Shown piece after piece: positions 9,933 through 19,142 of a DNA stretch of 64,000 nt (its first letter is position 1; every line of letters starts with the position of its first letter). The translations under genes were made by a program, and so were the position numbers. Origin of the DNA: Candidatus Thorarchaeota archaeon (GTDB taxonomy: Archaea > Asgardarchaeota > Thorarchaeia > Thorarchaeales > Thorarchaeaceae); contig PRDJ01000042.1 in NCBI GenBank assembly GCA_003345555.1, forward strand, positions 12,282-76,281. Direction: 5' to 3'. The notes beneath the pieces are model-generated. The model was not told the DNA's origin, did no database searches, and worked only from the letters and a program-made list of their open reading frames with translations.

Positions 9933-11033
9933 ATGGATGATTTTACGGATGAACTGCACAGGCTTGTTGTCGAGGAAACAAGGAGTGCAAGAGGAGCCTC
10001 AATTCGCAAACGTCCTGCTAGACCTGCCATCATGCCAGCTTCTGCATGGACGACAGAGACCCGAATTTCGTCCGAGACCGGAAGGGCTCTGTCCATTGTG
10101 TTTTCCACGATAGGATGTGCTCACGCGCGCGATGCCTCCGGAGGTTGCACTATGTGCAGTTACCTTCTGGATGGCACTCAAAGGTCACCGTCGTCCGAAG
10201 AGCTTCAACAGCAGTTCACGAACGCAATGTCAAAGCTAGAGGGGGCACCTAGCCCGGTCTCTGTGAAGCTCTACACCAGTGGTAGCTTCTTGGACCCGGG
10301 CGAGGTGCCGGTCTCTGCTAGGACTGCCATATTGGAGATGCTTGCTGCTGACAGCCGAGTACGTGAGGTAGTGCTGGAATCGCGCCCTGAGTATGTGTCT
10401 CAGGAGGTCATGGCGGAGCTGAGAAAGTCTCTTGGAGACAAAGAGATAGAACTCGGCATTGGTCTGGAGAGCAGTAATGATCTGATTAGGTCAATATGCA
10501 TCAACAAGGGGTTCTCAGCTGAGGACTTTCACAATGCCATCGAGATAGCAAGGTCAGAAGGAATTGGTGTGCGTGCCTATGTCTTGGTGAAGCCTCCCTT
10601 CCTGACTGAAAGGGATGCTCTTCTTGATGGCATACAGACGATTCGTGATGTAGCCGCCATGGGTGCCACAACAATCTCAGTCAATCCTGTCAACGTCCAG
10701 AGCTATACTCTCGTGGAGCGGCTGTGGTCCAGAGGCGAGTATCGGCCCCCGTGGCTGTGGACTGTGCTTGAGATTCTGCGACAGTCGAGTAGTTCCTCGG
10801 GCGATTCAGTCAGAATTGTGTGCGACCCCGTGGCGGCGGGAAGAATACGAGGAACGCACAACTGTGGGGTTTGTGACGAGGCTGTCTCGCAAGCCATTCA
10901 TGAGTTTTCCTTAGTTCAGGATGCATCCGTTCTGGAGGGTCTCGACTGCAGCTGCTTGTCTGAGTGGGAACATGTGCTGGAACACGAAGACTCGTCGCTG
11001 TTAGTGCACGATCATACGTTAACGGGCAAATAG
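9933..11033 (+). CDS. radical SAM-like protein with atypical Cx9Cx2C motif (RaSEA-like partner of ArcS)
   Basis: 366 aa; GCAHARDASGGCTMCSY cluster; TIM-barrel-like pattern (LYTSGSFLD, ELGIGLESS, VKPPFLTERD); starts 9 nt after the ArcS-like gene. Confidence 0.45.
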   Translation: MDDFTDELHRLVVEETRSARGASIRKRPARPAIMPASAWTTETRISSETGRALSIVFSTIGCAHARDASGGCTMCSYLLDGTQRSPSSEELQQQFTNAMSKLEGAPSPVSVKLYTSGSFLDPGEVPVSARTAILEMLAADSRVREVVLESRPEYVSQEVMAELRKSLGDKEIELGIGLESSNDLIRSICINKGFSAEDFHNAIEIARSEGIGVRAYVLVKPPFLTERDALLDGIQTIRDVAAMGATTISVNPVNVQSYTLVERLWSRGEYRPPWLWTVLEILRQSSSSSGDSVRIVCDPVAAGRIRGTHNCGVCDEAVSQAIHEFSLVQDASVLEGLDCSCLSEWEHVLEHEDSSLLVHDHTLTGK

Positions 11034-11076
11034 CACGGAAAGTGTTATAGGAGCAGAAGGAGAAGGTCACCCGTTC

Positions 11077-11454
11077 TTGATAAGCGAGGTCTTCGAAATG
11101 GCAAGATACGTCACTCGAGTTTCTGTTTGGTTCAATAGTGAGGGTGCAAGCCCTTCCACAGTCATAAGGAAGCTTGTCAGTCTTGGATTCATACCAGTGC
11201 GGGGTGCATACGATTTCATCTACAAACATGAATCTCCGCAAGACATGACAGAATCAGAACTCAGCACTGCTATTATTGAGATTTCCAACGCGCTTCACAA
11301 GACTCTTGCCGGGTTCAAGGTTCTCTATACACTAGACACGCACACACTAGATGACGAATCTGATTACGTCCCTCTCGAGGACATAGACGCAGAGCTTGAA
11401 GCAACAAGGAAGGAAATCCAAGAACTGGAGAGAGAGACTTCGGAATTCAGCTAG
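11077..11454 (+). CDS. hypothetical protein
   Basis: 125-aa ORF with acidic C-terminus. Confidence 0.3.
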   Translation: MISEVFEMARYVTRVSVWFNSEGASPSTVIRKLVSLGFIPVRGAYDFIYKHESPQDMTESELSTAIIEISNALHKTLAGFKVLYTLDTHTLDDESDYVPLEDIDAELEATRKEIQELERETSEFS

Positions 11455-11508
11455 GATGAGCGAAGGGGCGAGAATGCCCCTGTCACTCATCTTGATAGGA
11501 CTGGAGCT

Positions 11509-13317
11509 TTAGTCAGAGGCCACTTCGGGTTCGCGACGCTGGTACTCGCCCTCTCCTTTGACCACAATACGGAGTGACTTCTTGTCGCTTGGATTCATGC
11601 GAGCCCAGGTCCAGACCATGTCAGTGCCGTCTTTCGCAGGATTCCGCTTTGGTTCGTCCTCTCGAGGATCTGTTGATACATAAGTGAAACCGCTAGGGAT
11701 CCAGTCTACAAGTTTCACGTTCTCGACAGTGACTTCACCTTTGTTCTCGACGACCAGTGTTATCACATACTCACCAGCCTTCGAGCCCTTGCTAATCGCC
11801 TTCTTTGCTGCGATACGACGCTTCCGATATACTACACCAAGCTTATGGGCAAAAGGTGTGGATACAGCTTCTGCAGCAAATCCAGCGGGGTGGGTATAAG
11901 CCCAACAATGGATTGGACTGGGGTACTCTTTCTCTGGCCTATTGCGCCAAGCCATTATGGCGTAGCTAACCTTCAAGCTATCACCGGGCTTCAGCTCACC
12001 CATGCTATCCCTCATGCCAGAGATCTTGATTCTAACCTTGTGCGGCGTCTCCGGGTTCTGGTCGTCAGGGGTTATTGTGACGCCGTAGGTTCCTGTATAC
12101 TCCTTTCCCGCGACCGAGACCGTCACATGTTCCTTCTTAGGAGGCATCACATCATCAGGAAGACTATCTTCTACCTCAATCTGGTCAAGGCGCGCCGAAC
12201 CGCTGTTCTTAATGTCGATTGTCACCTCGACCGGCGTCTTGTCAAGGCTGCTAACTTCTGAGGGATCGAATGACTTCGCATAGGTAATCTGGCACACTGG
12301 CAGGATCTGTGGCACTTTGGTTGCTGTTCCGAGCACTCTTCTCTTGACAACCCTTACCGGGGTGTAGACGACATCAGGTGTGCACTTGGGCGGGGCTTTG
12401 CTGTCAACTTCAAATGATGACCTCCAAGTCTCACCTGGCTTCATCTCGACGCGGGGCGCAACTTCCACCATCTTCTTTTTCTCGCCACCCCCTTCTGGTG
12501 TGAGGAATACCACTGCCTTGTCAAGGCGAACTATCAAGTCGGTTTCGTTTGAGCACTCAAGAGTACACTCCCAGTGGTTGGGCTCGGTCTCAGCAGTCTC
12601 AATGCCGCTGAGGAACTCCGTGAGCGCGGTCATGTCAGGGTCCAAGCACGATCTCTGTTGACCCTGAGACTTGTAGCTGATGACAACTTCACCCGCATTT
12701 TTCTCGCTTACATCATCAACATGAGCTAGACCCGAGAGCGTTAGTGTGGACTCTTCCTTGGGGTAGATGACGAAGTCTTTCCATACAACTTGTCGGGTTC
12801 CCTCATCGAACTTTGCCATACCCGATTTCGCACTGTCGACTTTGACCTTCGTCAGTTCAGGAGGAATCGTCTTGTTGACAATGATGTTGTCAATCTGGCC
12901 ATCCGTCTCATTCTTGAGGTGCAGTGTAATCCTGACTGGGTTCTCCTTACCATGCACGTATGCCCAATGCGGGCTCTCTGCAGTGATGCTGCTACAGGTG
13001 TCATATGTCTCGGTGAGCGTAAGGATAGGCCCATCAATAGTGATACCATATTTCGTGCTCCACTCTCCGCCTGCTTCAACCTCACCGGCTGACAGCGTCG
13101 AGTCTTTGATGGTTGTACCGCTTCTGCTGTCTCCAAGGTTCACTCTGACATTCCATATGCGAGCTTGGGCCGAAACATTTTTGACAGTCATAACGCCTGT
13201 CGCTTCGGCAGACTCAATCTCACTCAGTTCACCAAAGCGGTTCTTCTCGCTTTCCTCCAAGTCTATAATCACATTCTTGCGCTCACTCATCGATATCTCA
13301 CCCGCCTGCGTGCTCAT
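11509..13317 (-). CDS. large repeat-domain protein (DUF11/CARDB-like beta-sandwich repeats), no signal peptide
   Basis: 602 aa with repeated about 100-aa units. Its start overlaps the stop of the MBL hydrolase gene by 4 nt. Confidence 0.45.
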   Translation of the reverse strand: MSTQAGEISMSERKNVIIDLEESEKNRFGELSEIESAEATGVMTVKNVSAQARIWNVRVNLGDSRSGTTIKDSTLSAGEVEAGGEWSTKYGITIDGPILTLTETYDTCSSITAESPHWAYVHGKENPVRITLHLKNETDGQIDNIIVNKTIPPELTKVKVDSAKSGMAKFDEGTRQVVWKDFVIYPKEESTLTLSGLAHVDDVSEKNAGEVVISYKSQGQQRSCLDPDMTALTEFLSGIETAETEPNHWECTLECSNETDLIVRLDKAVVFLTPEGGGEKKKMVEVAPRVEMKPGETWRSSFEVDSKAPPKCTPDVVYTPVRVVKRRVLGTATKVPQILPVCQITYAKSFDPSEVSSLDKTPVEVTIDIKNSGSARLDQIEVEDSLPDDVMPPKKEHVTVSVAGKEYTGTYGVTITPDDQNPETPHKVRIKISGMRDSMGELKPGDSLKVSYAIMAWRNRPEKEYPSPIHCWAYTHPAGFAAEAVSTPFAHKLGVVYRKRRIAAKKAISKGSKAGEYVITLVVENKGEVTVENVKLVDWIPSGFTYVSTDPREDEPKRNPAKDGTDMVWTWARMNPSDKKSLRIVVKGEGEYQRREPEVASD

Positions 13318-14009
13318 GACACTTTATACCTGAATTCATTACCTGCGGCCCACTGAATCTCGAGAACCTGCTTAGGTTCCATTAGAATCGCGACGGTACC
13401 GCTTGCGAACTGCTCCAAGTACTTCCGGAATTTCGCACTCTGTTCCGGTGCGGTCCATCTGATGGGAATCCCTATTCTCGGCTTTGCATCTATGCAGAGG
13501 CTAACTGCATCCTTGACCGCGAAAACCTCGCCATCCCCTACTGGAACAATCATGACATCTGCCTCGATTTTTCCAAATGCACCCCGGACCACAGTGTCAC
13601 CAAGGTACGCGACCTTCATTCCAGACATTTCCAAGTACAAACCCAGATTCTGGGATTTCTCTCCCGACTTTGGGTCTGCTCTCTGAAGAGAGTAGGGAAC
13701 AAGCTTGAGACCTGGTATCTGATAGACTTCTTCTGGTCTCAATATGTGGAGAAGCCAAGGCTTCCCTCCTTGGGATTTTGCCTTCTCGATTGTCTGCTCA
13801 TTTCCCAAGATCCATGCCTTGGACTTCGAGGCAATAGCTGTAGCGTTACCAATCGCATCATCGAAGTGGTTAGTTGCCACTATGACTCTCACATCGCAGT
13901 CATCAGGCACTACGGGTTTTCCGTCCCATATGCCAGGATTCAGGAGGACTGACATGTCTTTGGAATCCAGCCTGAACGAAGTGTGACCGAAGTATGTAAT
14001 CTTTAGCAA
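13314..14009 (-). CDS. MBL-fold metal-dependent hydrolase (UPF0173-like)
   Basis: 231 aa; KITYFGHTSFRLD ... LGDT pattern of the beta-lactamase fold. Confidence 0.65.
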   Translation of the reverse strand: MLKITYFGHTSFRLDSKDMSVLLNPGIWDGKPVVPDDCDVRVIVATNHFDDAIGNATAIASKSKAWILGNEQTIEKAKSQGGKPWLLHILRPEEVYQIPGLKLVPYSLQRADPKSGEKSQNLGLYLEMSGMKVAYLGDTVVRGAFGKIEADVMIVPVGDGEVFAVKDAVSLCIDAKPRIGIPIRWTAPEQSAKFRKYLEQFASGTVAILMEPKQVLEIQWAAGNEFRYKVS

Positions 14010-14245
14010 CTGGCCACTTCCATTAGTACCGTTAGTCGCCGCTGGGTTGGAACTCCTGCAGCTGAAGGTAATCTAGGTCCCATTCCTTAAAAACAAAATT
14101 CGCATTGGTGCTTACTTTGAAGCACCAGCGGCATACTGTGAGATTACTCGACAGTCCTGTGCAAAGGTTATTGAGTCCCGCAGATTGCGAAACGACAAGT
14201 ACTACACTAGTATGAGCACACAGAACGGGCTCCGGAGACCGCAGC

Positions 14246-15151
14246 ATGTACGAATACAAATCGCAGCAACGGACACTAGAATTCGGTGGTGTGAAGATCG
14301 GAGGAACACCGGGGCTTGCGCCGACAGTCCTCATAGGTTCCATTTTCTATTCGAAAGATAAGTTAGTGCTTGACCCGAAGGCTGGTGATATAGACAAGCC
14401 TCAGACGGACAGAGTTCTGACTGAAGTCGCAGATATGTCAGAAAGAACGGGGTTACCCAGCATGCTGGACGTAGTTGCATCCTCGTCACCCGCAATGAGG
14501 CGATACATCACCTACCTCGCCGACAAGACGAGTATGCCGCTGCTAATCGACGGGTCTGGCTCTCAAGACGTGAATCTCGCCGGCATAGAGATGGCGCGTG
14601 AGAATGGCATGCTGGACAGAGTAATGCTCAATTCATTGACCCCGGAGACTAGTAATGAAATGTACAGGAAGATGCAGGAGGCAGGTCTCAAGAGTGCAGT
14701 TATCCTTACATTCTCCAAGGATGCTATGTCTTCTGTAGCAAAAAGAACCGAACTCGCTGATCAAATCCTTGCAAAAGCCACAGACTCTGGATTGACCAAC
14801 CTGATAATCGACACTGGGGTTGTAGATATGCTCACTCTTGGACTTGCCTGCAAAGCCATGCAATCAATCAAGGACAAGCTTGGCTACCCGGTAGGATGCG
14901 GTGCCCATAATGCGGTGAACATGTGGGCCGGCTTGGTTCCAAAATTCGGGAAGGACGCGAAGAATCCGGCTCTTGTTGGATCGAGTCTCATGCCCGTTGT
15001 TCTTGGGGCCGACTTCGTGCTTTATGGTCCCGTGAAGCATGCAGGTATTGTATTTCCTTCTGTGGCCATGATTGACACGGCTCTCTCAGGCGTGCTGCTA
15101 GAGAAGAGAATCCGACCGGACCGACAGCATCCTCGCTTCAGAATCGGCTAG
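14246..15151 (+). CDS. mtrH: MtrH-family methyl-H4MPT:corrinoid methyltransferase (stand-alone)
   Basis: 301 aa. Strong resemblance to MtrH: FGGVKIGGTPGLAPTVL, GYPVGCGAHNAVNMW, GADFVLYGPVKHAGIVFPSVAMID. Confidence 0.85.
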   Translation: MYEYKSQQRTLEFGGVKIGGTPGLAPTVLIGSIFYSKDKLVLDPKAGDIDKPQTDRVLTEVADMSERTGLPSMLDVVASSSPAMRRYITYLADKTSMPLLIDGSGSQDVNLAGIEMARENGMLDRVMLNSLTPETSNEMYRKMQEAGLKSAVILTFSKDAMSSVAKRTELADQILAKATDSGLTNLIIDTGVVDMLTLGLACKAMQSIKDKLGYPVGCGAHNAVNMWAGLVPKFGKDAKNPALVGSSLMPVVLGADFVLYGPVKHAGIVFPSVAMIDTALSGVLLEKRIRPDRQHPRFRIG

Positions 15152-15162
15152 GTGATTCTGAC

Positions 15163-16818
15163 TTGTCAGGACCTATGCTTGTGTTTGAACCATCTGGCCA
15201 GAGGATTTACGTGTCTCATGCTACAACGGTGCTTGACGCAGCTCGCAGTCTTGGTCTTCCCATTCCTACAGACTGTGGAGGCCATGGCACATGCGGAAAG
15301 TGCAGGATTAAGTTTCAACCAGCGCCATTCCCGACTCAACGGGATTTGCAGCATCTATCCAAGGACGAACTGGCAGAAGGTATACGTCTGGCCTGCGAGC
15401 ACGTGATTGAAACAGACACGAGGGTTGTTCTTCCATTTCCTGAAGAGCAGGCCAAGATTCTGGTCTGGGGATCTTCGAAGGCTGCTGTGCAGAAACTGGA
15501 CAAAGGCCTTGTCGGACAGTTGGGAGTCGCAATAGACCTAGGCACGACAACCATAGTAGCTTACCTCATGGACCTGGGGACAGGTAGTCAGATTGAACAA
15601 CAGGCAATGCTCAACCCAGAGGTTGCCTATGGGGAGGACATCATGACGCGCATGGCCTATGTCATGAACGCGCATGAGGGCGGTGAGGAGCTCCGTCAAT
15701 GTGTGCTTCGCGGCATTGATGTGCTTCTCACGCGTCTTATTAGCGCAGCAGGAGTACTTCCCGACACTGTCTCTCGCATCTCGCTTGTGGGCAACACTGC
15801 CATGCACCATCTCTTTTTGGGATTGGACATCCACGGTCTGAGTCTTGCACCGTACAGACCAGCCATGTTGAAGTCACTCACGAAATCATCTGACGAAATC
15901 GGGCTCAAGTCCGTTCCAAAGGCTCAGGTATATGTTGCTCCGAATATTGAAGGTTTCATAGGCAGTGATACGGTAGGTCTTATTGTCTCACAAGGGCTTG
16001 GCTCTGTCAAGGGCACAGTGATGGGGATTGACATAGGAACCAACGCAGAGATAGTCCTCTCGGTTCGCGGGCGCCTCATATGTTGTTCAGCAGCAGCAGG
16101 TCCTGCGTTCGAAGGAGCAAGAATCAGGCTTGGCATGAGGGGCGAAGAGGGTGCGATAGAACACGTGCGTATCAACAATCCCTCAGAGCCGGCAGAATTG
16201 TCTGTGATAGGACAGGCTTCTCCTCGAGGCATTTGCGGCTCAGCTATCGTCGACATAGTCGCCGAGCTGTTGAGAACAGGTCTTGTAGACCGTACTGGAC
16301 GGATGCGAGACTCGAAGAGGATTGTTCATGAAGGCGGGTACGGTCTCTGCTACATCGTAGCAGAACCAGGCGAGTCTGACGCGGGCCGACGCATAGTGTT
16401 CACTCAGGAAGACGTAAGACAGGTCCAGCTTGCAAAGGCAGCAATTGCTACGGGTGCCGGGGTCCTAATGGATGAATGCGGCGTTACCTCTTATGATATT
16501 GATGCGCTTCTTCTAGCCGGCGCATTTGGAAACTACATCCGCCCTGAGAGTGCCTTAGCGATTGGTCTTCTTCCTGCGATCCCACTGGACAGAATCGTTC
16601 CGGTTGGAAACGCAGCAGGTGAGGGTGCCAAGAGGTTTCTTCTGTCCTTGAAAGAGAGGGCGGTTGCTGAGACGCTTAGCAGGAGCGTCAAGTACGTCAA
16701 TCTTGCTGCTCATCCAGCGTTTGCTGACAGGTTCTTGGAGGCCACAGCAATAGGTCAAGCTGGAGACGGTTCGAATCACAGCCATGTGCGGATAGCCAAC
16801 CACACTAGCAATCCGTAG
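15163..16818 (+). CDS. corrinoid activation/regeneration protein (RACo family: 2Fe-2S ferredoxin plus ASKHA ATPase)
   Basis: 551 aa; N-terminal CGGHGTCGKCR ferredoxin motif followed by a large ASKHA-like domain. Confidence 0.7.
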   Translation: MSGPMLVFEPSGQRIYVSHATTVLDAARSLGLPIPTDCGGHGTCGKCRIKFQPAPFPTQRDLQHLSKDELAEGIRLACEHVIETDTRVVLPFPEEQAKILVWGSSKAAVQKLDKGLVGQLGVAIDLGTTTIVAYLMDLGTGSQIEQQAMLNPEVAYGEDIMTRMAYVMNAHEGGEELRQCVLRGIDVLLTRLISAAGVLPDTVSRISLVGNTAMHHLFLGLDIHGLSLAPYRPAMLKSLTKSSDEIGLKSVPKAQVYVAPNIEGFIGSDTVGLIVSQGLGSVKGTVMGIDIGTNAEIVLSVRGRLICCSAAAGPAFEGARIRLGMRGEEGAIEHVRINNPSEPAELSVIGQASPRGICGSAIVDIVAELLRTGLVDRTGRMRDSKRIVHEGGYGLCYIVAEPGESDAGRRIVFTQEDVRQVQLAKAAIATGAGVLMDECGVTSYDIDALLLAGAFGNYIRPESALAIGLLPAIPLDRIVPVGNAAGEGAKRFLLSLKERAVAETLSRSVKYVNLAAHPAFADRFLEATAIGQAGDGSNHSHVRIANHTSNP

Positions 16819-17005
16819 ACGAATCTCCAAAGCCAGTATCCATGATGAAAGATATATGTCCGTCAGCTTCCGGAGAATCCTAGTCCAATCAGCAGATGGC
16901 CACAGGACAGCCCGAAGCCGCTAAGATCCGTTGGCAAGGGCTGAGACCAGTCGATCTGCACCTGCGACACGACTAGTGACACTCCAAAGACTGAGGAAAT
17001 GCAAA

Positions 17006-17635
17006 ATGACAGATTTGACAGACGCAATGGCAGACCTTGACGAGCAGAAAGTGTTGAACATTGTCAATGAACAAATCCGCACGAACAAACCCGTTCAGAT
17101 TCTCGATGAATTACGGCGAGGCTTGGACATCGTGGGTAACAGGTTCTCAAAGAATGAGTATTTTCTGGTCGAGTTGGTGATGTCAGCCGACATATTCAAG
17201 AAAGCGATGGCGATAGTAGAACCGAAACTGCTGGCTACTCAGCGTGCGAGCGCAAAGGGTAAGGTCGTAATCGGGACTGTCCAAGGCGACATCCATTACA
17301 TAGGCAAGAACCTTGTCGTTGCGTTTCTCAAATCCAACGGATTCGAGGTCTACGATTTGGGCGAAGATGTGCCGCCTGAGAAGTTTGTTGACACGCTCAA
17401 GAAAACAGGATCTTCCATTCTTGCGCTTAGCGGGCTGATTACTACTACTCATGATGTAATGCGAACGACAATTGAGGCGCTCAAGACTGCAGGCATTAGG
17501 AAGAAGGTCAAAGTAATGATTGGCGGTGGAGACATCGGCGAGGAGATCGTGAAATACACTGGTGCAGATGCTTTTGGTAGGGATGCCCTTAGTGCAGTAG
17601 AGCTTGCCAAGAAGTTCACTGCGGGGACAAAGTGA
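17006..17635 (+). CDS. cobalamin-binding corrinoid protein (MtaC/MtbC-like)
   Basis: B12-binding motifs GDIHYIGKN (DxHxxG), LALSGL (SxL), MIGGG. The ORF-track start at 16931 is probably spurious; ATG 17006 is in the same frame. Confidence 0.8.
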   Translation: MTDLTDAMADLDEQKVLNIVNEQIRTNKPVQILDELRRGLDIVGNRFSKNEYFLVELVMSADIFKKAMAIVEPKLLATQRASAKGKVVIGTVQGDIHYIGKNLVVAFLKSNGFEVYDLGEDVPPEKFVDTLKKTGSSILALSGLITTTHDVMRTTIEALKTAGIRKKVKVMIGGGDIGEEIVKYTGADAFGRDALSAVELAKKFTAGTK

Positions 17636-17809
17636 TTACGAGTCTGTTTCCTCCCGGCTGTGGTCTGCGGCTTTTCCAGAGCCCAAAAGGTCAAATCGGC
17701 CGCTCCTGAGGAGGTCTTAGTCCTACGGTCGTCGCCACCGAGTGTTACCTTTTTATGACAAAGACCGGACTAGAACTCTGCATTTGCATGTCCGCGGCCA
17801 GAGAGCCAT

Positions 17810-19123
17810 TTGTACAAGAGGGGTCTCATGCTCGAAAGAATTCTCACCGATGAATTTAGGAATCAATTGAAAGCCACCTTCATGGACATACGTGAAACTC
17901 AGGAAAAGAAAGATGAGAACGAACTGGCGAAAGACGAGGAAAGACTGAGGCACAAGCTCATTGACAGTATTGAACCATATCGGTCCGATGTTGTGTTCGA
18001 CACGGATTATATGGTCTCTGCAGTCGACGGGTCCGGCTCAAGCGAACTCGCAACTCTCAACGATGTGAGGGTTCACCTACTGAGCACATCCACCATCGTG
18101 CTTGGCACAAATACGAAGAACGGTGCACCTTTCATGCCGATGGACAGAGTCACGCTGGAGGCCGCACTTGGTCGGGCACAACCGTATGTGAACTCCTATT
18201 GGCATTCAGGCGTGAGAGGGGATGCCAGAGAAAAGATGGCAGAGACGCTCGAAGATATCTACCCGGTCAGTAAAATACCGGATCTGATCCTGCCCTTCTT
18301 CAGAGACACAACAAACGGGCAGATACAGTCAATCGCGGACCTGTCGAACTCTCGGTATAGCGAGCACGCTGCAATGCTGCAAACCATGGAATCACTCATT
18401 TTCTATGGGCAGTTTCTTACAAATACCCACGTTCACGACGAACTCCGTAAGGCCTCCGAGTATGCCGCTGCTCGAGCCGTCATAACCAGTGACATCAGGC
18501 CGAAGTATGTGCTGCTTGACGGTGCCATGTCCATGTTCTTGCATCAGGTTGGCCAGTATCCTATAATGCCGACGGGCTTCATGCTAAGGGAGCTGTGTTC
18601 CGTTGCGCGTGACAAGCGCGTCGTATTGTGTGCGGTAAGCAAGAGTCATACGATTCCGGGCGCGGATCGAATTGCAGAGTTGGCTGAAGAGGTGATCGGC
18701 AAGAGCAACAAGTGGTTTTGTTTCCTTCCCGGTCAAGACGACCCCGGCGGAGGTCTTCACATTCTGGAGAAGCGAACATATATTCCGCCACCCTTGGCCG
18801 TGCCCTACTTGTTCAGCTTTTCTCAGGACAACCGGCCATCGCGGATTGACTTCGACAGAGTATGGTGGCTTCAGGACATATTCGTGGCAGGTGACCCAAA
18901 GAAGACGAGGCAAAACGAAAAAGCGCTCTTTCGGGATATTGAGTTCATGTCAAGAGATGCTCGGTGGTATGGTTACCCCGTTGCTCTCGCGTTGGCACAT
19001 GAGGAATGCAAGTTGAGCTACGAAGACCTAAGACTTGCGAAGGAAATCGCTGATGATGTTCTTCAGGAATTGGGAATGGGTATTCGAAGAACTGTGGAAC
19101 TGAGAGAAGACTACAATTTATAG
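17810..19123 (+). CDS. nurA: NurA-like 5'-3' nuclease
   Basis: 437 aa; AVDGSGS motif resembling the NurA IDGS catalytic motif; directly upstream of herA-mre11-rad50. Confidence 0.55.
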   Translation: MYKRGLMLERILTDEFRNQLKATFMDIRETQEKKDENELAKDEERLRHKLIDSIEPYRSDVVFDTDYMVSAVDGSGSSELATLNDVRVHLLSTSTIVLGTNTKNGAPFMPMDRVTLEAALGRAQPYVNSYWHSGVRGDAREKMAETLEDIYPVSKIPDLILPFFRDTTNGQIQSIADLSNSRYSEHAAMLQTMESLIFYGQFLTNTHVHDELRKASEYAAARAVITSDIRPKYVLLDGAMSMFLHQVGQYPIMPTGFMLRELCSVARDKRVVLCAVSKSHTIPGADRIAELAEEVIGKSNKWFCFLPGQDDPGGGLHILEKRTYIPPPLAVPYLFSFSQDNRPSRIDFDRVWWLQDIFVAGDPKKTRQNEKALFRDIEFMSRDARWYGYPVALALAHEECKLSYEDLRLAKEIADDVLQELGMGIRRTVELREDYNL

Positions 19124-19142
19124 ATACTACGAGTGATGCGCT

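Noticed and set aside
9638-10108. 156-aa minus-strand ORF spanning the ArcS-like/radical-SAM junction
   Set aside because: Antisense to two well-supported plus-strand genes; no motif.
12767-13333. 188-aa plus-strand ORF inside the 602-aa repeat-protein gene
   Set aside because: Antisense; the minus-strand frame is longer and shows domain repeats.
14010-14245. Cobalamin riboswitch upstream of the mtrH/corrinoid module
   Set aside because: Only a simple hairpin is visible, with no B12-box-like consensus, and riboswitches of this class are essentially bacterial. It is kept only as a low-interest hairpin finding.
16931-17005. Extended N-terminus (MARAETSRSAPATRL...) of the corrinoid protein ORF
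   Set aside because: B12-binding proteins of this type begin near the MTDLTDAM... segment; the upstream residues lack helix-forming character and lie in the intergenic region after the RACo gene.
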